Positions 31,281 to 39,885 of a DNA stretch of 64,000 bases are shown here, in pieces. The notes under the pieces are model-generated. The model saw only the letters and a program-made list of their open reading frames with translations. It ran no database searches and was not told where the DNA came from. This DNA comes from Candidatus Poriferihabitaceae bacterium (GTDB lineage Bacteria > Pseudomonadota > Gammaproteobacteria > Arenicellales > Poriferihabitantaceae). A program made the translations under genes and the position numbers. The first letter of the stretch is position 1. Each line of letters opens with the position of its first letter. The stretch lies in assembly GCA_965213885.1 (NCBI GenBank), contig OZ243919.1:154668-218667 (forward strand), written 5' to 3'.

Positions 31281-31748
31281 TCAGTCCGCGCCGCGATCTT
31301 CCCGCCCCAGCCCCGGGAGGCAGTTTTCGACGACGTACCGGTCAATGGGCAGGGTGACCTCGCCGGGACCGACCTCTTCCAGGGGCAGCCAGCGGAATCG
31401 GAGGATCTTTTCATGGGGGCGGTGGCGCTCGAACGGGATATCGATGTGATCATCCGTCAGCCGGCTGACCGGCTCGACGCGGTAATAGATGCTGATGATC
31501 TGGTCTTCGGGGCTGAAGGCGGACTGCTGGAAGAAACCGGTGGTGTAGACATGTTCCCTGACGCGGACGTCGATTCCGGTTTCCTCGTGGAACTCCCGTA
31601 CGAGACACTCGGTCGGCCCTTCGCCGAGTTCAAGGCCGCCGCCCGGGAACTTCGTGATTTCCCGGCCCCGCACCTGCTCGTCAACCAGCAGCAGCCTTCC
31701 CCGGTGAAGAAGCAGGCCATAAACGCGTAGATTGAACCGTTTCAGCAT
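31281..31748 (-). CDS. NUDIX hydrolase
   Basis: Nudix box GGGLELGEGPTECLVREFHEETG. Confidence 0.85.
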   Translation of the reverse strand: MLKRFNLRVYGLLLHRGRLLLVDEQVRGREITKFPGGGLELGEGPTECLVREFHEETGIDVRVREHVYTTGFFQQSAFSPEDQIISIYYRVEPVSRLTDDHIDIPFERHRPHEKILRFRWLPLEEVGPGEVTLPIDRYVVENCLPGLGREDRGAD

Positions 31749-31883
31749 CCGGAGCCACCAGCCCTGTCATCACGTACGGATCAGCGGCTCCCAATCGGCT
31801 GGTTCCCGTACCATTCCGATTGTGGTTCGATGGTCGTACATTCGCCCTGACGGAAATACGGGTCCGGGCCGGGAGTCAGTGAA

Positions 31884-32126
31884 TCACAGGGTCTTGTGCG
31901 TGCCGTCGCAATGGGGGGTATTTCCGCTGGCCTTGCACTGGCACAGAAAGGCGCGGCCGGTTTTTTCCGCAGTAAACCGTATGGGGGCCAGCCCCGTTCC
32001 CTTGTGGGAGCCGTCGCAGAACGGCTGGGATTGTGAACGACCGCAACTGCACCAGAAATAGGTTTCACCTTCGGTCAGTTCCACCCGGGCAGGTTCCCTG
32101 GCGGCGATGTGGGGAGTTTCAGACAT
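31884..32126 (-). CDS. CDGSH-type iron-sulfur domain protein (two CDGSH motifs)
   Basis: CSCGRSQSQPFCDGSHK and CQCKASGNTPHCDGTHK. Confidence 0.85.
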   Translation of the reverse strand: MSETPHIAAREPARVELTEGETYFWCSCGRSQSQPFCDGSHKGTGLAPIRFTAEKTGRAFLCQCKASGNTPHCDGTHKTL

Positions 32127-32210
32127 GGTAATGAAAATTTAACTTGCTGACGGGAAGTCCGCGAAACATCACGCTTCCTGCAACCAATGTCAATATGGAA
32201 TAGAGAAAAT

Positions 32211-32395
32211 TGATTGAATCATATTCAGGATTGCAGTAACCAAACCGACAGCCTCGGCATACAACATCGGATGGACGAAAACGGATCATTGCCGGGTAAA
32301 ACCGGGCGCCACAGTGCCGTGACATACGTCTTGATGCAGATATCCGGGATTGCCCATGACCCGGCAAGTCATTTCCGCAGCATGCCATACCCGAG
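32211..32395. repeat. Direct repeat copy 1 (185 bp)
   Basis: Aligns by eye to 35911-36096 with 15 substitutions and 1 indel (~91%). On the minus strand it starts with codons ..LGYGMLRK-stop. Confidence 0.85.
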
Positions 32396-32748
32396 GAGGG
32401 CGTGGTAAAGATGCAGGCTTGGCCAAGCATTGGAATCCGGCCCCGGAGAATTTTGACACCCGCCGGAAAGGGGAAGGAGTGGAAAGGTGGGCCGGCAGGA
32501 ATAAAAGAAAATAGTGCTATAAATCAGCAAGTTGAATCCATTCCGCTGAGCAGTTTGCACGCGATAAATGTATTTATCAGGCGCAAAGAATATATTCCCA
32601 CGCCTGCACAGTCAAGGCCTTGGAGCGCAATTCGAAGATTCGTGATTTCATTGACGCATCCCGGGATCATTCTACCACAAACCGGAATATTATTTCCCAT
32701 TTCCAACGTTCCATGGACGGAATCCCTTCGGCACATGGCCGGGTTTTT

Positions 32749-32777
32749 CCCAAAACACCCCGAATCCGGGGGTGTTT
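32749..32777 (-). terminator. Candidate rho-independent terminator of the recombinase gene
   Basis: aaacacccc-N7-ggggtgttt, a 9-bp stem. On the minus strand it is followed by TTTT, about 100 nt after the int stop. Confidence 0.4.
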
Positions 32778-32875
32778 CGTGCGCGATAACAACACCGGAC
32801 TTCCCTTGAGGATTCCCCCTGCCCACCCACCCTTCCGAATCCTTCCTATATTCCCTGTCCTTGGGAATCAGGATT

Positions 32876-34033
32876 TCATTGCATCCCGGGTTTCCCCTTC
32901 CCGTCCCGCCCCTGCATCCTCGCCAGTTGCGCCGCCGCCCCCCTTGAGGCCAGGAGACGCTCCCCGTAGCGGCTCACCATCGCCGCACTCTTCCACCGAC
33001 CCGCCTGCAGGATCGCGGGCAGGCCGATCCCCGAGGCAATCATGTCCTGGGCCGCACCCACCCGGGCACTGTGGCCCGACAGGCCCCCGGCGAAGTCCAC
33101 GAACCCCGCCCGCATGGCCATGGACTTGTAGATCCGGGAGACCTGGCTCGGGTCCAGTCCGTCCCCCGGGACGCCGTTCTTCCGCACCGCCCGGAACAGG
33201 GGACCCCGGGTGATCCCGCTGCCCGCGAGCCATGTCTGTACCATGTCCGCCGTATCCCGGGCGAGGAACAGGATGGTGCCGGCCCCCTCGGGATCGGTCT
33301 TGGCGCTCCCGAGGAACAGGGTCGCGGTTCCGCCCGGTTCGAACATCAGGTCGGAGACCTGCAGGCAGACGAGTTCCGAGCGCCGGAGCATGGCGTCGTA
33401 GGCCACGGCGAGGAGGGCCCGGTTGCGGCGGTCGATCAGGCGCTCTCCGGGGGATTTGATGAGTTTCTCCCGGACCTGCCAGGTCAGGCCGAGGGCCTGT
33501 GTCTGTCTTCTGCCCCGGTGTCGGTACATGCGCCGCAGTGCCATCCGGACGGTGACATGGTCGAGGGGATTCTTCCATCCTGCGGCCCGGTGGAGGGCGC
33601 AGAGGCTGGAGAGGTAGCGCCGGACGGTGGCGGGTGCCCTGGAGTGTGCCTTGGTGTCGATGAAGCGGACGAGGGAGGCGGCCCGTGCGGGCCATGGTTT
33701 TCTCTTTTCCTTGCGGCACCATGCGAGCCAGATGGCGAGGTCGGACCTAAGGGCGCGTTCGGTGTTGTGGCTGATGGCGCCGTGGGAGGAGTCGAGCCAC
33801 TGGGCCACCGGGTCGAGGGCGTGTTCGGGGATGCGCAGGAGTGGGGGTGATGAGGATGGGGGAGATGATGGACAAGATGGAGAAGATGGAGAAAGCCGAC
33901 TTTCATCGGCATGTTCCACGTCCGCTCCCGCGGTTGTCGGTATGGTTTCTTCGGATGTTTGCAGAGACTCTTTCATGGGGTTTTTCCTGTTGGTTTTATG
34001 AGGGACAGAGGACTTTGTGCGCGATACATACAT
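32876..34033 (-). CDS. Tyrosine site-specific recombinase (phage-integrase family)
   Basis: SAM-like N-domain (ALRSDLAIWLAWC..TVRRYLSSL..H) and catalytic domain with ..AVAYDAMLRRSEL.., GHSARVGAAQDM (HxxR), GRWKSAAMVSRY (W..Y). A Ser/Pro-rich low-complexity N-terminus makes the start uncertain (34033 or 33976). Confidence 0.85.
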   Translation of the reverse strand: MYVSRTKSSVPHKTNRKNPMKESLQTSEETIPTTAGADVEHADESRLSPSSPSCPSSPPSSSPPLLRIPEHALDPVAQWLDSSHGAISHNTERALRSDLAIWLAWCRKEKRKPWPARAASLVRFIDTKAHSRAPATVRRYLSSLCALHRAAGWKNPLDHVTVRMALRRMYRHRGRRQTQALGLTWQVREKLIKSPGERLIDRRNRALLAVAYDAMLRRSELVCLQVSDLMFEPGGTATLFLGSAKTDPEGAGTILFLARDTADMVQTWLAGSGITRGPLFRAVRKNGVPGDGLDPSQVSRIYKSMAMRAGFVDFAGGLSGHSARVGAAQDMIASGIGLPAILQAGRWKSAAMVSRYGERLLASRGAAAQLARMQGRDGKGKPGMQ

Positions 34034-34098
34034 TTATCGTGTGCAACAGGGGCCAGGTCCCGACTCAACCCTTCAACAACTTTGTGAGAAACATCGAA

Positions 34099-35700
34099 AT
34101 GAAATCAATAGATAAATTCGTGCTGGTCCTCGTGGCTTCGCTGGCACTGCTCCTCGCCGGTTGCGGAGGGGGGAGTTCCTCGACTGAACCGGAAGATACC
34201 GGGCCTACCCCTGAAGAAATGGCCATGAAGCGGGCGGAAATGCAGACAGAGGCAATCATGACCGCCTCCACGGGAGTCGGTACCGCGCTGGACGCCCTTT
34301 CCGGGTCTGAACCCACTCAAGCCCAGATTGATGATGTCAACGAGGCAATCGGTGACCTTGAGGCAGCCTTGATGGACGCCGCCGATGTCAGTGATGCGGT
34401 AAAGGCCGGATATCGGGCTCAAGTATCAGATGCTGAGAATTCCGTGATGCAAGCCGAAGATACCTTGATGGCGATGGAGAAGGAAGCGAATGAAATGGAA
34501 GCCAAAGAAATGGCTGCCCTTGGTAAGACGCTGCTCAAGGCGCTGGGTGATGACCCGCTGGGTCACCTCTCTATTGGTAGCCCACCTGTTTTTATGGACG
34601 GAAAACTCCAGATTATTTCCGTAGATGGTGACGGTAGCAACCGAGCCATGGTGCCCCTTCAGGCCGGTGATTCTGCCGGGATGCTGGGCGGTTGGATGGG
34701 CATGGACTATGCACACACTGGCCCTGCTCCCGACAAGGTGAAAAACGAAGCCCGGGTGTATACCAATCAGGATAAGCCGGGGATGCAGCCTTTCGTGAAG
34801 ACGACAACGGATGGTAAGACGGTTGGGAAACATGCGCTTGATGCTGGTGAAAAGTATTTGACCGTTGACTCAGCGACAGAATACGCGCTCGTCATGGCCG
34901 ACGCCTTCGTGCACCAAGGAACTCAGACTCATAAGATTCCCGACAACACTGTTGCCCTCAAAGTCCGAGGCACCTATGACGGTGCACCGGGTGAGTATAG
35001 CTGCGCGACTAGCTGCGCCTCGACCAATGACGGCAAGGGCAGCCCGGAGAGATTGCAAGGCACTTGGACCTTCACGCCCGATGAGGGTGCGATGGTGTCC
35101 AAGCCTGATGAGGATTACCTGTATTACGGCTGGTGGGTGAGCAAGGACAAGGACGGAGAGCCAACAGCGGCCAGTGCGTTTGCTGGGGCTACTACTGGAC
35201 TCACGGCCGTAGACCTTCAGGCTATGACAGCTGCTACCGAGAACCAACTGACCGGCTCAGCGACCTATTCCGGCCATGCTGCCGGAAAGTTTGCCATGAG
35301 CAATGCGCTTGACGGTACAGGCAGTGGCGGACACTTCACGGCGGATGCCAACCTGGAAGCCACGTTCACTGGGGAGAACCCAGGCGTGACCGGCACCATC
35401 GACAACTTCATGCTGAACGACGGGACCGATGACGCGGGCTGGAGCGTGGCGCTGCACCGGGCTACTTGGACAACCGATACGTTTATGTCAACGGCAGCCG
35501 ATAACGACATGGCCGATGGCACGACATGGTCGATCAACGGCAACGCGGCATCGGAGTCCGGCAAATGGAGTGGCATGATGTACGACGAAATGTCCGACGA
35601 CGGCAGCAACGTTCCAACCACCGTGACTGGCACGTTCCAGTCTCATTTCAGCGCGATGGGCCGTATGGTGGGTGCCTTCGGAGCTGATTTAGACGACTAA
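34099..35700 (+). CDS. Lipoprotein with a TbpB / surface-lipoprotein (SLP)-like C-terminal beta-barrel domain
   Basis: Lipobox LLLAGC-GGG after MKSIDKFVLVLVASLA. Handle-like ..DYLYYGWWV... C-terminal GSATYSGHAAGKF..GHFTADANLEATF..VTGTIDNF....VTGTFQSHF..MVGAFGA follows the ATYxGxAxG ... GxFxA..dF...GxI ... GxFxG ... GaFGA pattern of transferrin-binding-protein-B-type barrels. I placed the start at 34099, not the track start 33841. Confidence 0.55.
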   Translation: MKSIDKFVLVLVASLALLLAGCGGGSSSTEPEDTGPTPEEMAMKRAEMQTEAIMTASTGVGTALDALSGSEPTQAQIDDVNEAIGDLEAALMDAADVSDAVKAGYRAQVSDAENSVMQAEDTLMAMEKEANEMEAKEMAALGKTLLKALGDDPLGHLSIGSPPVFMDGKLQIISVDGDGSNRAMVPLQAGDSAGMLGGWMGMDYAHTGPAPDKVKNEARVYTNQDKPGMQPFVKTTTDGKTVGKHALDAGEKYLTVDSATEYALVMADAFVHQGTQTHKIPDNTVALKVRGTYDGAPGEYSCATSCASTNDGKGSPERLQGTWTFTPDEGAMVSKPDEDYLYYGWWVSKDKDGEPTAASAFAGATTGLTAVDLQAMTAATENQLTGSATYSGHAAGKFAMSNALDGTGSGGHFTADANLEATFTGENPGVTGTIDNFMLNDGTDDAGWSVALHRATWTTDTFMSTAADNDMADGTTWSINGNAASESGKWSGMMYDEMSDDGSNVPTTVTGTFQSHFSAMGRMVGAFGADLDD

Positions 35701-35757
35701 CCTTTAACGAGGGTGGCGGCCCTTTTGATGACTCTTTCGGGCCGCCATCAATTCACA

Positions 35758-35792
35758 CCCGGACAGGTCTTCGGATCTGTCCGGTTTTTTTT
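35758..35792 (+). terminator. Rho-independent terminator after the lipoprotein gene
   Basis: cccggacag-gtcttcggat-ctgtccgg followed by T8. Confidence 0.75.
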
Positions 35793-35910
35793 GTGCGATG
35801 AAAGCGATCAGACTTACTTCGGGAGGTCTATGTCGTGTCCAGTAATCCCAGGCTGGGCAGGTCATAAGGCTTGTGATTGAGTCCCACATCGTTCGGCTGG
35901 GCATTCTTCT

Positions 35911-36096
35911 TGATTTGAATCATATTCAGGATTGCAGTAACCAAACCGACAGCTTCGGCATACATCATCGGATGGACGAAAACGGATCATAGCCAGGTAA
36001 AACCGGGAGCCGCTGTGCCGTGACATCTGTCTTGACGCAGTTATCCGGGATTGCCCATGACCCGGCAAGTCACTTCCTCGGCATGCCATAGCCGAG
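35911..36096. repeat. Direct repeat copy 2 (186 bp)
   Basis: See copy 1. On the minus strand it begins with the last codons (..LGYGMPRK-stop, stop at 36070-36072) of the decayed gene upstream of it. Confidence 0.85.
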
Positions 36097-37800
36097 TTCG
36101 CGAACGGCCTTTCGGAACGCCGCCTCGGATTTCTCCTGCACGGCCAAATATTTCTTCCCGGCAGGCAGGCACAGTGTCGAAACGCGCTCCTCTCTGGCTC
36201 ATTCCACCAGTCACGCCCTTCCCTGCTCCCTGAACGCATTTCCGCTCCGCTCGACGCTCCGCGCAGGAAGCCCTCTGCCTTCTCCGTCAGGGGCTGGTCG
36301 TCCCTTGACGCGAGAAAATCACGCAGGCGGTCCACGTCGTGGCCGCTCTCGATGGCGCCCAGTGCCTTGGCCCAGTTAAGCCGCTGTCCGCCCTCAGCGC
36401 TCGCGAAAGTCTCGAGCGTGAGGCGTTCTGCCGACGATACCGGCCTGTCCACGCGCATGCGCAGGCCGGGGAACACCTTGAGCGGTGTGCAGTCCGAGGG
36501 CATCTCCGGTTCATACGCCTTCGAGATACCAAGGGCAGTACGCGCCGAAGGAATTCAGCCGGAAATACTCGAGACCGTCGTAGCGGCTGAGAAAGTCCAG
36601 CATGTCCGACCATGCAAGGTTCGTGAAGTCGAGCCGGGCGTTGACCGATTGGGTATAGGCGACATCGACCAGGCCCAGGGTCGCGGCGTACTCGAACAGC
36701 AGGCAGAGAATGCACCGGCCCTGCAGTATTTCCCAGTCGTGGAAGCCATAATATCCCAGGCTGTTGTAGTGCGCATCACCGACATACAGCTTCCAGGGAT
36801 CGCGCGTGATTTCGAATCGGTACCCGTCCCGCCCGCATGAACCAGGAAAATTCGTCGAAGCGCACCCACCGGCCCACGGGACACCGCTCCAGGGCTTTCG
36901 GCCACCACCGGCCTGCGACCCGACGCGGCCGCCATGACGCTCCTGCCCTTGCCCCGGCGCTGTCCGCTGATGGTGTCGACGTGACTGAACTCATCCAGGA
37001 TGCTGTTCCGGATCGAGCGCTGCCAGAGGCGGCGCAGTGTTTCCGCCGGGGGGCGCCGAATGCGGCGCATCCGGCCTGCGTCAACGCAAGTTTTGAGCTG
37101 TGGATTTCCGTCAGCTTGTCGGCCTGGCGCAGCATCGGCCAGGCGAATGACCGGACCGGCCCGACACCCTGACCCACATCATATTCCTGTCGTCGAGCGG
37201 GAAAATAAGTCGCCACCGTCCAACCCATCGGAGATGCGCCTTGCCGCCGCCGCCGAGGGTCGCCGGCTTTTCGCCCCTGTGAACCAATCGTCGAGGGGCC
37301 GCTCGATGGATTCCGGCAGTTCCTCTTCCACGGCGAGATTCACCTCAGGAGGCGGGGCACGAATGCCCGCAGGCGTTCCCCGAGATCTTCCGGCATGACC
37401 GAGGTCAGGCCGCGTGGCGGCTTTCGGGATACAGGAAGTAGTCCAGTGGTAATGGATCGCGGTTATCACGCTCCTTGGACCTTGCGGGCAGGACGCCGTA
37501 CCGGGCTCTGTACTGTTACCGGTCCAGTTGGCTGCACGGGTCGTACAGTGCCTCGCGCACCGCCAGCTGCTCGATCTCTCCCAGGGTACCTCAGAGTGCC
37601 CGCAGGAAATCGCTGGCGGGCCGGCCCGAAATGGCTGCGATCATTTCCGCCTTCCGGGTAGGGCGGGGTTTCGGAATCGACCGCCGTTTCAGCATCTGTC
37701 GGAGCACGTCGACATTGAGCATGTCGAGATGGTCCGCCAGATTGTCGCCTGGGACGCCGTCCCGCTTTCCCGAAGAACGACTCATCAGTTTTTCCTGCAA
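36070..37800 (-). pseudogene. Multiply frameshifted / stop-interrupted large gene of unknown function
   Basis: Protein-like segments lie in all three minus frames and are colinear. They read MQEKLMSRSSGKRDGVPGDNLADHLDMLNVDVLRQMLKRRSIPKPRPTRKAEMIAAIS.. / GTLGEIEQLAVREALYDP / MPEDLGERLRAFVPRLL / ..PAETLRRLWQRSIRNSILDEFSHVDTISGQ / DGYRFEITRDPWKLYVGDAHYNSLGYYGFHDWEILQGRCILCLLFEYAATLGLVDVAYTQSV..LDFLSRYDGLEYFRLNSFGA / ALGISKAYEPEMPSDCTPLKVFPGLRMRVDRP..LTEKAEGFL / KYLAVQEKSEAAFRKAVRELGYGMPRK*. In-frame stops and at least 5 frame changes separate them. Confidence 0.6.
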
Positions 37801-38307
37801 TGGGAGCCAGGCGTCGGAACATCGGTGCGATCATGGAGGAGCGGTGATGGCGATGTGAAAAAATGAACGCTGGCGCAACGGAATGCGAAGGAGGAGGTTA
37901 TCAGGGGATGGTTCGGGGGAGATGATCTCGGTGCGGAGGAAGGATTTCCGGCAGTTTCTCCCGCTTCGGTTGCGAACGTGAACAGGCATTCATCGCGCAG
38001 GATCCGTTGCACTCCCGTTCCTTGGTTGCCCAACCCGGAATGCTGATGGTGCACGAAGCATGTGACATTCAGTCGGGAGTGTGCGGATGTCGGTAGATCG
38101 CAGGATGTGGAGAATCCCGGTGTTGCAGATATGATTCTTCCGGCAACCTTTCATTTCACCGAATTGCGGTGCCTGTCAGGGTGGCGGATCGGCACGCGTG
38201 GACACTTTGACAAAACGGAAAAATACGGTATCAATGGCTTCTGTAAACTGCAGATACCGATATGAATCGGTGATTCGCTAATTTCAGAAAATTTCAGGAG
38301 CGAACCA

Positions 38308-39207
38308 ATGTCAGACTATTATGACGTGGCCGTGATCGGTCTGGGCGCCATGGGCTGGGGTGGCGCGATGACGCTGATTCGTGAGGGCTACAATGTGCAT
38401 GGGGTGGATGTGCGGCCCGACGTGCTGGAACGGTTTGAGGCCGAGAAGGGGAAGCCACACCCGACAGCGGCAGCCGCGGCGTCGGAAGCACCCGTGGTGC
38501 TGACCTTCGTACTCAACGATGTGCAGACCGAGGATGTGCTGTTCGGCCCCAATGGCGCCGTAGAGGCTGCAAAACCCGATACCCTGTTCATTCTTTCCAG
38601 CACCATTGCGCCATCCACCGTGGAGAGTATTGCGGGAAGGCTCGCGAAGGCCGGCATGCAGATCATGGATGCCCCGGTCGCCGGAGGCGCCGCGCGGGCG
38701 CTGCGCGGGGACCTGGCGATCATGGCATCCGGCAGCGCGGAAGCATTCAGGATGGCGGAACCGGTGTTCGATGCCATTGCCGCAAGGGTTTTCCCCCTCG
38801 GCGCCCGGCCGGGGATGGCCTCCAGGATGAAGATGCTGAACCAGCTGCTTTCCGACGTTCATCTTGCCACGACAGCGGAAGCCATGACCCTGGCGTCCAA
38901 GATCGGGGTGGACCTGCAGACCATGTACGACGTCATCACCAGTACGACGGGGAGCTCCTGGATGTTCGAGGAACGGGGCACGCATATCGTCAACGGCGAT
39001 TACGCCGTCAGGTCTACCATGGACACCATTGTCAAGGACCTTGGCATAGTCAGCCGCGAGGCGGAGTCGGCCGGCGCCATGACACCGCTGACCAATGCGG
39101 CGCTGGCGCTGTTTGCGGATGCTGCAGGCGACGGATTCGGGAAAGAGGATGGTTCCGCCGTGGCCAGGTACCTCGCGGCCGAGACGGATACCGTGATGCC
39201 GGAGTAG
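38308..39207 (+). CDS. NAD(P)-dependent beta-hydroxyacid dehydrogenase (3-hydroxyisobutyrate dehydrogenase family)
   Basis: VAVIGLGAMGWGGAMTL Rossmann start, ..MDAPVAGG.., ..RMKMLNQLL.. (6PGDH-like NAD-binding and C-terminal domains). Confidence 0.85.
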   Translation: MSDYYDVAVIGLGAMGWGGAMTLIREGYNVHGVDVRPDVLERFEAEKGKPHPTAAAAASEAPVVLTFVLNDVQTEDVLFGPNGAVEAAKPDTLFILSSTIAPSTVESIAGRLAKAGMQIMDAPVAGGAARALRGDLAIMASGSAEAFRMAEPVFDAIAARVFPLGARPGMASRMKMLNQLLSDVHLATTAEAMTLASKIGVDLQTMYDVITSTTGSSWMFEERGTHIVNGDYAVRSTMDTIVKDLGIVSREAESAGAMTPLTNAALALFADAAGDGFGKEDGSAVARYLAAETDTVMPE

Positions 39208-39229
39208 AAAACGCACCAATTACCCGGTT

Positions 39230-39370
39230 GTCTGCAGTCGTGCAATCAATCTGTCCGGGGATCGCAGGGGCATCTGGAGCCTGTTCGTCACCGCGAACTG
39301 GCGGCTTACGTTCCGGATCGATTCAGAACGGAAGGAGATTACGGATCTCGACATTGAGGATGATCACTGA
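39230..39370 (+). pseudogene. higB: HigB-type toxin fragment (C-terminal ~42 codons, no start)
   Basis: ..LSGDRRGIWSLFVTANWRLTFRIDSERKEITDLDIEDDH* matches the ..LKGDR.G.WSI.V..NWRI.F......Y..DYH end of HigB-like killer proteins. The frame runs back to the dehydrogenase stop without a start codon. Confidence 0.5.
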
Positions 39371-39403
39371 GAGGCAGATATGAGTCTGGAGAAAGGCATC
39401 CGA

Positions 39404-39668
39404 ATGAAGAATCCCGCCCATCCAGACGGGCTCGTGAAGAGCGAGATCGTGGAGGCGATGGGATTGTCGGTGACGAGGGCCGCGAGGGTATTGGGAGACA
39501 CGCGCCCGGCGCTGCCGGTTTCTCGCCGGAAATAGCGCTCAGGATCGAAACGGTGTTCGGAGTGTCGATGGATACACTGCTGTGGATGCAGACCAGCGAT
39601 GACATAGCCCGGGACCGCAAGCGCGAAGAGGATTTCGAGTTCGTTCTGTTCGCGGAGCAGGTTGTCTG
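39404..39668 (+). pseudogene. higA: HigA-type HTH antitoxin, frameshifted
   Basis: Frame 1 reads MKNPAHPDGLVKSEIVEAMGLSVTRAARVLGDTRPAL.. and then hits a stop. The +1 frame continues PEIALRIETVFGVSMDTLLWMQTSDDIARDRK... The expected ..SRLLNGRAAIS.. segment between them is missing. Confidence 0.6.
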
Positions 39669-39885
39669 AGCCTGCCGCGTCTCATTCTGACCCTTCGTGT
39701 TCCGGCGTGATCCGTGAAGTGGGCGGCACGGTCATACCGCCAGCAACAGGAACCCGCCGAAGCACGGCTCCTGTTCGGTCCATCGGCGCCGTCAGAGCCG
39801 AAGCGGGTCTTTCAGGGGCAATTCCCCTCCGCCCGCTTTCACGGCCGGCATCATCCCCTACAATACGCACCGTATCCCAAGCGGC

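Larger units (their letters stand above)
32211..36096. mobile_element. Putative ~3.9-kb integrative islet: direct repeat, arm-like spacer, tyrosine recombinase, one lipoprotein cargo gene, direct repeat
   Basis: Same-orientation 185-bp repeats flank an integrase and a visibly lower-GC cargo gene. An AT-rich 480-bp spacer with a recurring GAATCC motif lies next to copy 1. Confidence 0.55.

Noticed and set aside
32211-32395. Direct repeat as a tRNA/tmRNA 3'-end att site or a structured ncRNA
   Set aside because: I could not find a cloverleaf, T-arm/acceptor or CCA-like end. The substitutions between the two copies do not look compensatory: an 8-bp pairing, ttgccggg/cccggcaa, present in copy 1 is broken in copy 2. 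It is kept only as a repeat.
33841-34098. N-terminal 86-codon extension of the lipoprotein ORF (MGVMRMGEMMDKMEKMEK...)
   Set aside because: It is antisense to the Ser/Pro-rich start of the recombinase gene. A canonical signal peptide plus lipobox begins at the internal ATG at 34099.
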